A DNA stretch of 64,000 nucleotides from assembly GCF_009914755.1 (NCBI RefSeq), contig NC_060942.1; one strand, given 5' to 3'. The stretch's first letter is position 1. Each line of letters opens with the position of its first letter. Both the position numbers and the translations under genes were made by a program. This document shows, piece by piece, positions 40,601-55,600 of the stretch. Source of the stretch: the human T2T-CHM13v2.0 reference genome, Homo sapiens. The notes under the pieces are model-generated. The model was given only the letters and a program-made list of their open reading frames with translations, did no database searches and was not told where the DNA came from.

Positions 40601-43600
40601 GAAACTTACTCGTGATGTGTGTCCTCAACTAAAGGAGTAGAACCTTTCTTTTCATAGAGAAGTTTTGAAACGCTCTTTTTGTGGAATCTGCAAGTGGATA
40701 TTTGGCTAGTTTGGAGGATTTCGTTGGAAGCGGGAATTCATACAAGATGCAGACTGCAGCGTTCTGAGAAACATCTTTGTGATGTTTGTATTCAGGACAC
40801 AGAGTTGAACATTCCCTATCATAGAGCAGGTTTGAATCACTCCTTTTGTAGTATCTGGAAGTGGACATTTGGAGCGCTTTCAGGCCTATGTTGGAAAAGG
40901 AAATATCTTCCCATAACAACTAGACAGAAGCATTCCCAGAAACTTATTTGAGATGTGTGTACTCAACTAAGAGAATTGAACCACCGTTTTGAAGGAGCAG
41001 TTTGGAAACACTCTTTTTCTGGAATCTGCAAGTGGATATTTGGCTAGCTTTGGGGATTTCGCTGGAAGCGGGAATACATATAAAAAGCACACAGCAGCGT
41101 TCTGAGAAACTGCTTTCTGATGTTTGCATTCAAGTCAAAAGTTGAACACTCCCTTTCATAGAGCAGTCTTGAAACACCCCTTTTGTAGTATCTGGAACTG
41201 GAAATTTGGAGCGCTTTCAGGGCTAAGGTGAAAAAGGAAATATCTTCCCATAAAAACTGGACAGAAGCATTCTCAGAAACTTGTTTATGCTGTATCTGCT
41301 CAACTAACAAAGTTGAACCTTTCTTTTGATAGAGCAGTTTTGAAATGCTCTTTTTGTGGAATCTGCAAGTGGATATTTGGCTAGTTTTGAGGATTTCGTT
41401 GGAAGCGGGAATTCATACAAATTGCAGACTGCAGCGTTCTGAGAAACATCTTTGTGATGTTTGTATTCAGGACACAGAGTTGAACATTCCCTATCATAGA
41501 GCAGGTTGGGATCACTCCTTTTGTAGTATCTGGAAGTGGACATTTGGAGCGCTTTCAGGCCTATGTTGAAAAAGGAAAAATCTTCCCATAACAACTAGAC
41601 AGAAGCATTCTCAGAAACTTGTTGGTGATGTGTTTCCTCTACTGACAGAGTTGAACCTTTCTTTTCATAGAGCAGTTTCGAAACACTCTTTTTGTAGAAT
41701 CTGCAAGAGGATATTTGCATAGCTCTGAGGATTTCGTGGGAAACGGGATTGTCTTCAGGTAAAATCTAGACAGAAGCATTCTCAGAAACTTCTTCGGGGT
41801 GTTTGCATTCAAGTCACAGAGTAGAACATTCCCTTTGGTAGAGCAGGTTTGAAACACTCTTTTTGTCGTATCTGGAAGTGGACATTTGTTGCGCTTTCAG
41901 GCCTATGTTGGAAAGGGAAATATCTTCCCGTAACAACTAGGCAGAAGCATTCTCAGAAACTTATTTGAGATGTGTGTACTCAACTAAGAGAATTGAACCA
42001 CCGTTTTGAAGGAGCAGTTTGGAAACACTCTTTTTCTGGAATCTGCAAGAGGATATTTGCCTAGCTTTGAGGATTTCGTTGGAAAAGGGATTGTCTTCAG
42101 ATCAAATCTAGACAGAAGCATTCTCAGAAACTTCTTTGGGATGTTTGCATTCAAGTCACAGAGTAGAACATTCCTTTGGTAGAGCAGGTTTGAAACACTC
42201 TTTTTTTAGTATATGGAAGTGGACATTTGGAGCGCTTTCAGGCCTACGTTGGAAAAGGAAATATCTTCCCATAACAACTAGACAGAAGCATTCTCAGAAA
42301 CTAGTTTCTGATGTGTGTCCTCAACTAACACAGTTGAACATTTCTTTAGACAGAACAGTTTTGAAACACTCTTTTTGTGGAATCTGCAAGTGGATATTTG
42401 GCTAGATTTGAGGATTTCGTTGGAAACGGGATTACATATAAAAAGCAGACAGCAGCATTCTCAGAAACTTCTTTGTGATGATTGCATTCAAGTCACAGAA
42501 TTGAACATTCCCTTTCACAGAGCAGGTTTGAAACACTCTTTTTGTAGTGTGTGTAAGTGGACATTTGGAGCGCTTTCCGGCCTAAGGTGAACAAGGAAAT
42601 ATCTTCCCATAAAAACTAGACAGAAGCATTCTCAGAAACTTACTCGTGATGTGTGTCCTCAACTAAAGGAGTAGAACCTTTCTTTTCATAGAGAAGTTTT
42701 GAAACGCTCTTTTTGTGGAATCTGCAAGTGGATATTTGGCTAGTTTGGAGGATTTCGTTGGAAGCGGGAATTCATACAAGATGCAGACTGCAGCGTTCTG
42801 AGAAACATCTTTGTGATGTTTGTATTCAGGACACAGAGTTGAACATTCCCTATCATAGAGCAGGTTTGAATCACTCCTTTTGTAGTATCTGGAAGTGGAC
42901 ATTTGGAGCGCTTTCAGGCCTATGTTGGAAAAGGAAATATCTTCCCATAACAACTAGACAGAAGCATTCCCAGAAACTTATTTGAGATGTGTGTACTCAA
43001 CTAAGAGAATTGAACCACCGTTTTGAAGGAGCAGTTTGGAAACACTCTTTTTCTGGAATCTGCAAGTGGATATTTGGCTAGCTATGGGGATTTCGCTGGA
43101 AGCGGGAATACATATAAAAAGCACACAGCAGCGTTCTGAGAAACTGCTTTCTGATGTTTGCATTCAAGTCAAAAGTTGAACACTCCCTTTCATAGAGCAG
43201 TCTTGAAACACCCCTTTTGTAGTATCTGGAACTGGACATTTGGAGCGCTTTCAGGGCTAAGGTGAAAAAGGAAATATCTTCCCATAAAAACTGGACAGAA
43301 GCATTCTCAGAAACTTGTTTATGCTGTATCTGCTCAACTAACAAAGTTGAACCTTTCTTTTGATAGAGCAGTTTTGAAATGCTCTTTTTGTGGAATCTGC
43401 AAGTGGATATTTGGCTAGTTTTGAGGATTTCGTTGGAAGCGGGAATTCATACAAATTGCAGACTGCAGCGTTCTGAGAAACATCTTTGTGATGTTTGTAT
43501 TCAGGACACAGAGTTGAACATTCCCTATCATAGAGCAGGTTGGGATCACTCCTTTTGTAGTATCTGGAAGTGGACATTTGGAGCGCTTTCAGGCCTATGT

Positions 43601-46600
43601 TGAAAAAGGAAAAATCTTCCCATAACAACTAGACAGAAGCATTCTCAGAAACTTGTTGGTGATGTGTTTCCTCTACTGACAGAGTTGAACCTTTCTTTTC
43701 ATAGAGCAGTTTCGAAACACTCTTTTTGTAGAATCTGCAAGAGGATATTTGCATAGCTCTGAGGATTTCGTGGGAAACGGGATTGTCTTCAGGTAAAATC
43801 TAGACAGAAGCATTCTCAGAAACTTCTTCGGGATGTTTGCATTCAAGTCACAGAGTAGAACATTCCCTTTGGTAGAGCAGGTTTGAAACACTCTTTTTGT
43901 CGTATCTGGAAGTGGACATTTGTTGCGCTTTCAGGTCTATGTTGGAAAGGGAAATATCTTCCCGTAACAACTAGGCAGAAGCATTCTCAGAAACTTATTT
44001 GAGATGTGTGTACTCAACTAAGAGAATTGAACCACCGTTTTGAAGGAGCAGTTTGGAAACACTCTTTTTCTGGAATCTGCAAGAGGATATTTGCCTAGCT
44101 TTGAGGATTTCGTTGGAAAAGGGATTGTCTTCAGATCAAATCTAGACAGAAGCATTCTCAGAAACTTCTTTGGGATGTTTGCATTCAAGTCACAGAGTAG
44201 AACATTCCTTTGGTAGAGCAGGTTTGAAACACTCTTTTTTTAGTATATGGAAGTGGACATTTGGAGCGCTTTCAGGCCTACGTTGGAAAAGGAAATATCT
44301 TCCCATAACAACTAGACAGAAGCATTCTCAGAAACTAGTTTCTGATGTGTGTCCTCAACTAACACAGTTGAACATTTCTTTAGACAGAACAGTTTTGAAA
44401 CACTCTTTTTGTGGAATCTGCAAGTGGATATTTGGCTAGATTTGAGGATTTCGTTGGAAACGGGATTACATATAAAAAGCAGACAGCAGCATTCTCAGAA
44501 ACTTCTTTGTGATGATTGCATTCAAGTCACAGAATTGAACATTCCCCTTCACAGAGCAGGTTTGAAACACTCTTTTTGTAGTGTGTGTAAGTGGACATTT
44601 GGAGCGCTTTCCGGCCTAAGGTGAACAAGGAAATATCTTCCCATAAAAACTAGACAGAAGCATTCTCAGAAACTTACTCGTGATGTGTGTCCTAAACTAA
44701 AGGAGTAGAACCTTTCTTTTCATAGAGAAGTTTTGAAACGCTCTTTTTGTGGAATCTGCAAGTGGATATTTGGCTAGTTTGGAGGATTTCGTTGGAAGCG
44801 GGAATTCATACAAGATGCAGACTGCAGCGTTCTGAGAAACATCTTTGTGATGTTTGTATTCAGGACACAGAGTTGAACATTCCCTATCATAGAGCAGGTT
44901 TGAATCACTCCTTTTGTAGTATCTGGAAGTGGACATTTGGAGCGCTTTCAGGCCTATGTTGGAAAAGGAAATATCTTCCCATAACAACTAGACAGAAGCA
45001 TTCCCAGAAACTTATTTGAGATGTGTGTACTCAACTAAGAGAATTGAACCACCGTTTTGAAGGAGCAGTTTGGAAACACTCTTTTTCTGGAATCTGCAAG
45101 TGGATATTTGGCTAGCTTTGGGGATTTCGCTGGAAGCGGGAATACATATAAAAAGCACACAGCAGCGTTCTGAGAAACTGCTTTCTGATGTTTGCATTCA
45201 AGTCAAAAGTTGAACACTCCCTTTCATAGAGCAGTCTTGAAACACCCCTTTTGTAGTATCTGGAACTGGAAATTTGGAGCGCTTTCAGGGCTAAGGTGAA
45301 AAAGGAAATATCTTCCCATAAAAACTGGACAGAAGCATTCTCAGAAACTTGTTTATGCTGTATCTGCTCAACTAACAAAGTTGAACCTTTCTTTTGATAG
45401 AGCAGTTTTGAAATGCTCTTTTTGTGGAATCTGCAAGTGGATATTTGGCTAGTTTTGAGGATTTCGTTGGAAGCGGGAATTCATACAAATTGCAGACTGC
45501 AGCGTTCTGAGAAACATCTTTGTGATGTTTGTATTCAGGACACAGAGTTGAACATTCCCTATCATAGAGCAGGTTGGGATCACTCCTTTTGTAGTATCTG
45601 GAAGTGGACATTTGGAGCGCTTTCAGGCCTATGTTGAAAAAGGAAAAATCTTCCCATAACAACTAGACAGAAGCATTCTCAGAAACTTGTTGGTGATGTG
45701 TTTCCTCTACTGACAGAGTTGAACCTTTCTTTTCATAGAGCAGTTTCGAAACACTCTTTTTGTAGAATCTGCAAGAGGATATTTGCATAGCTCTGAGGAT
45801 TTCGTGGGAAACGGGATTGTCTTCAGGTAAAATCTAGACAGAAGCATTCTCAGAAACTTCTTCGGGGTGTTTGCATTCAAGTCACAGAGTAGAACATTCC
45901 CTTTGGTAGAGCAGGTTTGAAACACTCTTTTTGTCGTATCTGGAAGTGGACATTTGTTGCGCTTTCAGGCCTATGTTGGAAAGGGAAATATCTTCCCGTA
46001 ACAACTAGGCAGAAGCATTCTCAGAAACTTATTTGAGATGTGTGTACTCAACTAAGAGAATTGAACCACCGTTTTGAAGGAGCAGTTTGGAAACACTCTT
46101 TTTCTGGAATCTGCAAGAGGATATTTGCCTAGCTTTGAGGATTTCGTTGGAAAAGGGATTGTCTTCAGATCAAATCTAGACAGAAGCATTCTCAGAAACT
46201 TCTTTGGGATGTTTGCATTCAAGTCACAGAGTAGAACATTCCTTTGGTAGAGCAGGTTTGAAACACTCTTTTTTTAGTATATGGAAGTGGACATTTGGAG
46301 CGCTTTCAGGCCTACGTTGGAAAAGGAAATATCTTCCCATAACAACTAGACAGAAGCATTCTCAGAAACTAGTTTCTGATGTGTGTCCTCAACTAACACA
46401 GTTGAACATTTCTTTAGACAGAACAGTTTTGAAACACTCTTTTTGTGGAATCTGCAAGTGGATATTTGGCTAGATTTGAGGATTTCGTTGGAAACGGGAT
46501 TACATATAAAAAGCAGACAGCAGCATTCTCAGAAACTTCTTTGTGATGATTGCATTCAAGTCACAGAATTGAACATTCCCTTTCACAGAGCAGGTTTGAA

Positions 46601-49600
46601 ACACTCTTTTTGTAGTGTGTGTAAGTGGACATTTGGAGCGCTTTCCGGCCTAAGGTGAACAAGGAAATATCTTCCCATAAAAACTAGACAGAAGCATTCT
46701 CAGAAACTTACTCGTGATGTGTGTCCTCAACTAAAGGAGTAGAACCTTTCTTTTCATAGAGAAGTTTTGAAACGCTCTTTTTGTGGAATCTGCAAGTGGA
46801 TATTTGGCTAGTTTGGAGGATTTCGTTGGAAGCGGGAATTCATACAAGATGCAGACTGCAGCGTTCTGAGAAACATCTTTGTGATGTTTGTATTCAGGAC
46901 ACAGAGTTGAACATTCCCTATCATAGAGCAGGTTTGAATCACTCCTTTTGTAGTATCTGGAAGTGGACATTTGGAGCGCTTTCAGGCCTATGTTGGAAAA
47001 GGAAATATCTTCCCATAACAACTAGACAGAAGCATTCCCAGAAACTTATTTGAGATGTGTGTACTCAACTAAGAGAATTGAACCACCGTTTTGAAGGAGC
47101 AGTTTGGAAACACTCTTTTTCTGGAATCTGCAAGTGGATATTTGGCTAGCTTTGGGGATTTCGCTGGAAGCGGGAATACATATAAAAAGCACACAGCAGC
47201 GTTCTGAGAAACTGCTTTCTGATGTTTGCATTCAAGTCAAAAGTTGAACACTCCCTTTCATAGAGCAGTCTTGAAACACCCCTTTTGTAGTATCTGGAAC
47301 TGGACATTTGGAGCGCTTTCAGGGCTAAGGTGAAAAAGGAAATATCTTCCCATAAAAACTGGACAGAAGCATTCTCAGAAACTTGTTTATGCTGTATCTG
47401 CTCAACTAACAAAGTTGAACCTTTCTTTTGATAGAGCAGTTTTGAAATGCTCTTTTTGTGGAATCTGCAAGTGGATATTTGGCTAGTTTTGAGGATTTCG
47501 TTGGAAGCGGGAATTCATACAAATTGCAGACTGCAGCGTTCTGAGAAACATCTTTGTGATGTTTGTATTCAGGACACAGAGTTGAACATTCCCTATCATA
47601 GAGCAGGTTGGGATCACTCCTTTTGTAGTATCTGGAAGTGGACATTTGGAGCGCTTTCAGGCCTATGTTGAAAAAGGAAAAATCTTCCCATAACAACTAG
47701 ACAGAAGCATTCTCAGAAACTTGTTGGTGATGTGTTTCCTCTACTGACAGAGTTGAACCTTTCTTTTCATAGAGCAGTTTTGAAACACTCTTTTTGTAGA
47801 ATCTGCAAGAGGATATTTGCATAGCTCTGAGGATTTCGTGGGAAACGGGATTGTCTTCAGGTAAAATCTAGACAGAAGCATTCTCAGAAACTTCTTCGGG
47901 ATGTTTGCATTCAAGTCACAGAGTAGAACATTCCCTTTGGTAGAGCAGGTTTGAAACACTCTTTTTGTCGTATCTGGAAGTGGACATTTGTTGCGCTTTC
48001 AGGCCTATGTTGGAAAGGGAAATATCTTCCCGTAACAACTAGGCAGAAGCATTCTCAGAAACTTATTTGAGATGTGTGTACTCAACTAAGAGAATTGAAC
48101 CACCGTTTTGAAGGAGCAGTTTGGAAACACTCTTTTTCTGGAATCTGCAAGAGGATATTTGCCTAGCTTTGAGGATTTCGTTGGAAAAGGGATTGTCTTC
48201 AGATCAAATCTAGACAGAAGCATTCTCAGAAACTTCTTTGGGATGTTTGCATTCAAGTCACAGAGTAGAACATTCCTTTGGTAGAGCAGGTATGAAACAC
48301 TCTTTTTTTAGTATATGGAAGTGGACATTTGGAGCGCTTTCAGGCCTACGTTGGAAAAGGAAATATCTTCCCATAACAACTAGACAGAAGCATTCTCAGA
48401 AACTAGTTTCTGATGTGTGTCCTCAACTAACACAGTTGAACATTTCTTTAGACAGAACAGTTTTGAAACACTCTTTTTGTGGAATCTGCAAGTGGATATT
48501 TGGCTAGATTTGAGGATTTCGTTGGAAACGGGATTACATATAAAAAGCAGACAGCAGCATTCTCAGAAACTTCTTTGTGATGATTGCATTCAAGTCACAG
48601 AATTGAACATTCCCTTTCACAGAGCAGGTTTGAAACACTCTTTTTGTAGTGTGTGTAAGTGGACATTTGGAGCGCTTTCCGGCCTAAGGTGAACAAGGAA
48701 ATATCTTCCCATAAAAACTAGACAGAAGCATTCTCAGAAACTTACTCGTGATGTGTGTCCTCAACTAAAGGAGTAGAACCTTTCTTTTCATAGAGAAGTT
48801 TTGAAACGCTCTTTTTGTGGAATCTGCAAGTGGATATTTGGCTAGTTTGGAGGATTTCGTTGGAAGCGGGAATTCATACAAGATGCAGACTGCAGCGTTC
48901 TGAGAAACATCTTTGTGATGTTTGTATTCAGGACACAGAGTTGAACATTCCCTATCATAGAGCAGGTTTGAATCACTCCTTTTGTAGTATCTGGAAGTGG
49001 ACATTTGGAGCGCTTTCAGGCCTATGTTGGAAAAGGAAATATCTTCCCATAACAACTAGACAGAAGCATTCCCAGAAACTTATTTGAGATGTGTGTACTC
49101 AACTAAGAGAATTGAACCACCGTTTTGAAGGAGCAGTTTGGAAACACTCTTTTTCTGGAATCTGCAAGTGGATATTTGGCTAGCTATGGGGATTTCGCTG
49201 GAAGCGGGAATACATATAAAAAGCACACAGCAGCGTTCTGAGAAACTGCTTTCTGATGTTTGCATTCAAGTCAAAAGTTGAACACTCCCTTTCATAGAGC
49301 AGTCTTGAAACACCCCTTTTGTAGTATCTGGAACTGGACATTTGGAGCGCTTTCAGGGCTAAGGTGAAAAAGGAAATATCTTCCCATAAAAACTGGACAG
49401 AAGCATTCTCAGAAACTTGTTTATGCTGTATCTGCTCAACTAACAAAGTTGAACCTTTCTTTTGATAGAGCAGTTTTGAAATGCTCTTTTTGTGGAATCT
49501 GCAAGTGGATATTTGGCTAGTTTTGAGGATTTCGTTGGAAGCGGGAATTCATACAAATTGCAGACTGCAGCGTTCTGAGAAACATCTTTGTGATGTTTGT

Positions 49601-52600
49601 ATTCAGGACACAGAGTTGAACATTCCCTATCATAGAGCAGGTTGGGATCACTCCTTTTGTAGTATCTGGAAGTGGACATTTGGAGCGCTTTCAGGCCTAT
49701 GTTGAAAAAGGAAAAATCTTCCCATAACAACTAGACAGAAGCATTCTCAGAAACTTGTTGGTGATGTGTTTCCTCTACTGACAGAGTTGAACCTTTCTTT
49801 TCATAGAGCAGTTTCGAAACACTCTTTTTGTAGAATCTGCAAGAGGATATTTGCATAGCTCTGAGGATTTCGTGGGAAACGGGATTGTCTTCAGGTAAAA
49901 TCTAGACAGAAGCATTCTCAGAAACTTCTTCGGGATGTTTGCATTCAAGTCACAGAGTAGAACATTCCCTTTGGTAGAGCAGGTTTGAAACACTCTTTTT
50001 GTCGTATCTGGAAGTGGACATTTGTTGCGCTTTCAGGTCTATGTTGGAAAGGGAAATATCTTCCCGTAACAACTAGGCAGAAGCATTCTCAGAAACTTAT
50101 TTGAGATGTGTGTACTCAACTAAGAGAATTGAACCACCGTTTTGAAGGAGCAGTTTGGAAACACTCTTTTTCTGGAATCTGCAAGAGGATATTTGCCTAG
50201 CTTTGAGGATTTCGTTGGAAAAGGGATTGTCTTCAGATCAAATCTAGACAGAAGCATTCTCAGAAACTTCTTTGGGATGTTTGCATTCAAGTCACAGAGT
50301 AGAACATTCCTTTGGTAGAGCAGGTTTGAAACACTCTTTTTTTAGTATATGGAAGTGGACATTTGGAGCGCTTTCAGGCCTACGTTGGAAAAGGAAATAT
50401 CTTCCCATAACAACTAGACAGAAGCATTCTCAGAAACTAGTTTCTGATGTGTGTCCTCAACTAACACAGTTGAACATTTCTTTAGACAGAACAGTTTTGA
50501 AACACTCTTTTTGTGGAATCTGCAAGTGGATATTTGGCTAGATTTGAGGATTTCGTTGGAAACGGGATTACATATAAAAAGCAGACAGCAGCATTCTCAG
50601 AAACTTCTTTGTGATGATTGCATTCAAGTCACAGAATTGAACATTCCCTTTCACAGAGCAGGTTTGAAACACTCTTTTTGTAGTGTGTGTAAGTGGACAT
50701 TTGGAGCGCTTTCCGGCCTAAGGTGAACAAGGAAATATCTTCCCATAAAAACTAGACAGAAGCATTCTCAGAAACTTACTCGTGATGTGTGTCCTCAACT
50801 AAAGGAGTAGAACCTTTCTTTTCATAGAGAAGTTTTGAAACGCTCTTTTTGTGGAATCTGCAAGTGGATATTTGGCTAGTTTGGAGGATTTCGTTGGAAG
50901 CGGGAATTCATACAAGATGCAGACTGCAGCGTTCTGAGAAACATCTTTGTGATGTTTGTATTCAGGACACAGAGTTGAACATTCCCTATCATAGAGCAGG
51001 TTTGAATCACTCCTTTTGTAGTATCTGGAAGTGGACATTTGGAGCGCTTTCAGGCCTATGTTGGAAAAGGAAATATCTTCCCATAACAACTAGACAGAAG
51101 CATTCCCAGAAACTTATTTGAGATGTGTGTACTCAACTAAGAGAATTGAACCACCGTTTTGAAGGAGCAGTTTGGAAACACTCTTTTTCTGGAATCTGCA
51201 AGTGGATATTTGGCTAGCTTTGGGGATTTCGCTGGAAGCGGGAATACATATAAAAAGCACACAGCAGCGTTCTGAGAAACTGCTTTCTGATGTTTGCATT
51301 CAAGTCAAAAGTTGAACACTCCCTTTCATAGAGCAGTCTTGAAACACCCCTTTTGTAGTATCTGGAACTGGAAATTTGGAGCGCTTTCAGGGCTAAGGTG
51401 AAAAAGGAAATATCTTCCCATAAAAACTGGACAGAAGCATTCTCAGAAACTTGTTTATGCTGTATCTGCTCAACTAACAAAGTTGAACCTTTCTTTTGAT
51501 AGAGCAGTTTTGAAATGCTCTTTTTGTGGAATCTGCAAGTGGATATTTGGCTAGTTTTGAGGATTTCGTTGGAAGCGGGAATTCATACAAATTGCAGACT
51601 GCAGCGTTCTGAGAAACATCTTTGTGATGTTTGTATTCAGGACACAGAGTTGAACATTCCCTATCATAGAGCAGGTTGGGATCACTCCTTTTGTAGTATC
51701 TGGAAGTGGACATTTGGAGCGCTTTCAGGCCTATGTTGAAAAAGGAAAAATCTTCCCATAACAACTAGACAGAAGCATTCTCAGAAACTTGTTGGTGATG
51801 TGTTTCCTCTACTGACAGAGTTGAACCTTTCTTTTCATAGAGCAGTTTCGAAACACTCTTTTTGTAGAATCTGCAAGAGGATATTTGCATAGCTCTGAGG
51901 ATTTCGTGGGAAACGGGATTGTCTTCAGGTAAAATCTAGACAGAAGCATTCTCAGAAACTTCTTCGGGATGTTTGCATTCAAGTCACAGAGTAGAACATT
52001 CCCTTTGGTAGAGCAGGTTTGAAACACTCTTTTTGTCGTATCTGGAAGTGGACATTTGTTGCGCTTTCAGGCCTATGTTGGAAAGGGAAATATCTTCCCG
52101 TAACAACTAGGCAGAAGCATTCTCAGAAACTTATTTGAGATGTGTGTACTCAACTAAGAGAATTGAACCACCGTTTTGAAGGAGCAGTTTGGAAACACTC
52201 TTTTTCTGGAATCTGCAAGAGGATATTTGCCTAGCTTTGAGGATTTCGTTGGAAAAGGGATTGTCTTCAGATCAAATCTAGACAGAAGCATTCTCAGAAA
52301 CTTCTTTGGGATGTTTGCATTCAAGTCACAGAGTAGAACATTCCTTTGGTAGAGCAGGTTTGAAACACTCTTTTTTTAGTATATGGAAGTGGACATTTGG
52401 AGCGCTTTCAGGCCTACGTTGGAAAAGGAAATATCTTCCCATAACAACTAGACAGAAGCATTCTCAGAAACTAGTTTCTGATGTGTGTCCTCAACTAACA
52501 CAGTTGAACATTTCTTTAGACAGAACAGTTTTGAAACACTCTTTTTGTGGAATCTGCAAGTGGATATTTGGCTAGATTTGAGGATTTCGTTGGAAACGGG

Positions 52601-55600
52601 ATTACATATAAAAAGCAGACAGCAGCATTCTCAGAAACTTCTTTGTGATGATTGCATTCAAGTCACAGAATTGAACATTCCCTTTCACAGAGCAGGTTTG
52701 AAACACTCTTTTTGTAGTGTGTGTAAGTGGACATTTGGAGCGCTTTCCGGCCTAAGGTGAACAAGGAAATATCTTCCCATAAAAACTAGACAGAAGCATT
52801 CTCAGAAACTTACTCGTGATGTGTGTCCTCAACTAAAGGAGTAGAACCTTTCTTTTCATAGAGAAGTTTTGAAACGCTCTTTTTGTGGAATCTGCAAGTG
52901 GATATTTGGCTAGTTTTGAGGATTTCGTTGGAAGCGGGAATTCATACAAGATGCAGACTGCAGCGTTCTGAGAAACATCTTTGTGATGTTTGTATTCAGG
53001 ACACAGAGTTGAACATTCCCTATCATAGAGCAGGTTTGAATCACTCCTTTTGTAGTATCTGGAAGTGGACATTTGGAGCGCTTTCAGGCCTATGTTGGAA
53101 AAGGAAATATCTTCCCATAACAACTAGACAGAAGCATTCCCAGAAACTTATTTGAGATGTGTGTACTCAACTAAGAGAATTGAACCACCGTTTTGAAGGA
53201 GCAGTTTGGAAACACTCTTTTTCTGGAATCTGCAAGTGGATATTTGGCTAGCTTTGGGGATTTCGCTGGAAGCGGTAATACATATAAAAAGCACACAGCA
53301 GCGTTCTGAGAAACTGCTTTCTGATGTTTGCATTCAAGTCAAAAGTTGAACACTCCCTTTCATAGAGCAGTCTTGAAACACCCCTTTTGTAGTATCTGGA
53401 ACTGGAAATTTGGAGCGCTTTCAGGGCTAAGGTGAAAAAGGAAATATCTTCCCATAAAAACTGGACAGAAGCATTCTCAGAAACTTGTTTATGCTGTATC
53501 TGCTCAACTAACAAAGTTGAACCTTTCTTTTGATAGAGCAGTTTTGAAATGCTCTTTTTGTGGAATCTGCAAGTGGATATTTGGCTAGTTTTGAGGATTT
53601 CGTTGGAAGCGGGAATTCGTACAAATTGCAGACTGCAGCGTTCTGAGAAACATCTTTGTGATGTTTGTATTCAGGACACAGAGTTGAACATTCCCTATCA
53701 TAGAGCAGGTTGGGATCACTCCTTTTGTAGTATCTGGAAGTGGACATTTGGAGCGCTTTCAGGCCTATGTTGAAAAAGGAAAAATCTTCCCATAACAACT
53801 AGACAGAAGCATTCTCAGAAACTTGTTGGTGATGTGTTTCCTCTACTGACAGAGTTGAACCTTTCTTTTCATAGAGCAGTTTCGAAACACTCTTTTTGTA
53901 GAATCTGCAAGAGGATATTTGCATAGCTCTGAGGATTTCGTGGGAAACGGGATTGTCTTCAGGTAAAATCTAGACAGAAGCATTCTCAGAAACTTCTTCG
54001 GGATGTTTGCATTCAAGTCACAGAGTAGAACATTCCCTTTGGTAGAGCAGGTTTGAAACACTCTTTTTGTCGTATCTGGAAGTGGACATTTGTTGCGCTT
54101 TCAGGCCTATGTTGGAAAGGGAAATATCTTCCCGTAACAACTAGGCAGAAGCATTCTCAGAAACTTATTTGAGATGTGTGTACTCAACTAAGAGAATTGA
54201 ACCACCGTTTTGAAGGAGGAGTTTGGAAACACTCTTTTTCTGGAATCTGCAAGAGGATATTTGCCTAGCTTTGAGGATTTCGTTGGAAAAGGGATTGTCT
54301 TCAGATCAAATCTAGACAGAAGCATTCTCAGAAACTTCTTTGGGATGTTTGCATTCAAGTCACAGAGTAGAACATTCCTTTGGTAGAGCAGGTTTGAAAC
54401 ACTCTTTTTTTAGTATATGGAAGTGGACATTTGGAGCGCTTTCAGGCCTACGTTGGAAAAGGAAATATCTTCCCATAACAACTAGACAGAAGCATTCTCA
54501 GAAACTAGTTTCTGATGTGTGTCCTCAACTAACACAGTTGAACATTTCTTTAGACAGAACAGTTTTGAAACACTCTTTTTGTGGAATCTGCAAGTGGATA
54601 TTTGGCTAGATTTGAGGATTTCGTTGGAAACGGGATTACATATAAAAAGCAGACAGCAGCATTCTCAGAAACTTCTTTGTGATGATTGCATTCAAGTCAC
54701 AGAATTGAACATTCCCTTTCACAGAGCAGGTTTGAAACACTCTTTTTGTAGTGTGTGTAAGTGGACATTTGGAGCGCTTTCCGGCCTAAGGTGAACAAGG
54801 AAATATCTTCCCATAAAAACTAGACAGAAGCATTCTCAGAAACTTACTCGTGATGTGTGTCCTCAACTAAAGGAGTAGAACCTTTCTTTTCATAGAGAAG
54901 TTTTGAAACGCTCTTTTTGTGGAATCTGCAAGTGGATATTTGGCTAGTTTGGAGGATTTCGTTGGAAGCGGGAATTCATACAAGATGCAGACTGCAGCGT
55001 TCTGAGAAACATCTTTGTGATGTTTGTATTCAGGACACAGAGTTGAACATTCCCTATCATAGAGCAGGTTTGAATCACTCCTTTTGTAGTATCTGGAAGT
55101 GGACATTTGGAGCGCTTTCAGGCCTATGTTGGAAAAGGAAATATCTTCCCATAACAACTAGACAGAAGCATTCCCAGAAACTTATTTGAGATGTGTGTAC
55201 TCAACTAAGAGAATTGAACCACCGTTTTGAAGGAGCAGTTTGGAAACACTCTTTTTCTGGAATCTGCAAGTGGATATTTGGCTAGCTTTGGGGATTTCGC
55301 TGGAAGCGGGAATACATATAAAAAGCACACAGCAGCGTTCTGAGAAACTGCTTTCTGATGTTTGCATTCAAGTCAAAAGTTGTACACTCCCTTTCATAGA
55401 GCAGTCTTGAAACACCCCTTTTGTAGTATCTGGAACTGGAAATTTGGAGCGCTTTCAGGGCTAAGGTGAAAAAGGAAATATCTTCCCATAAAAACTGGAC
55501 AGAAGCATTCTCAGAAACTTGTTTATGCTGTATCTGCTCAACTAACAAAGTTGAACCTTTCTTTTGATAGAGCAGTTTTGAAATGCTCTTTTTGTGGAAT

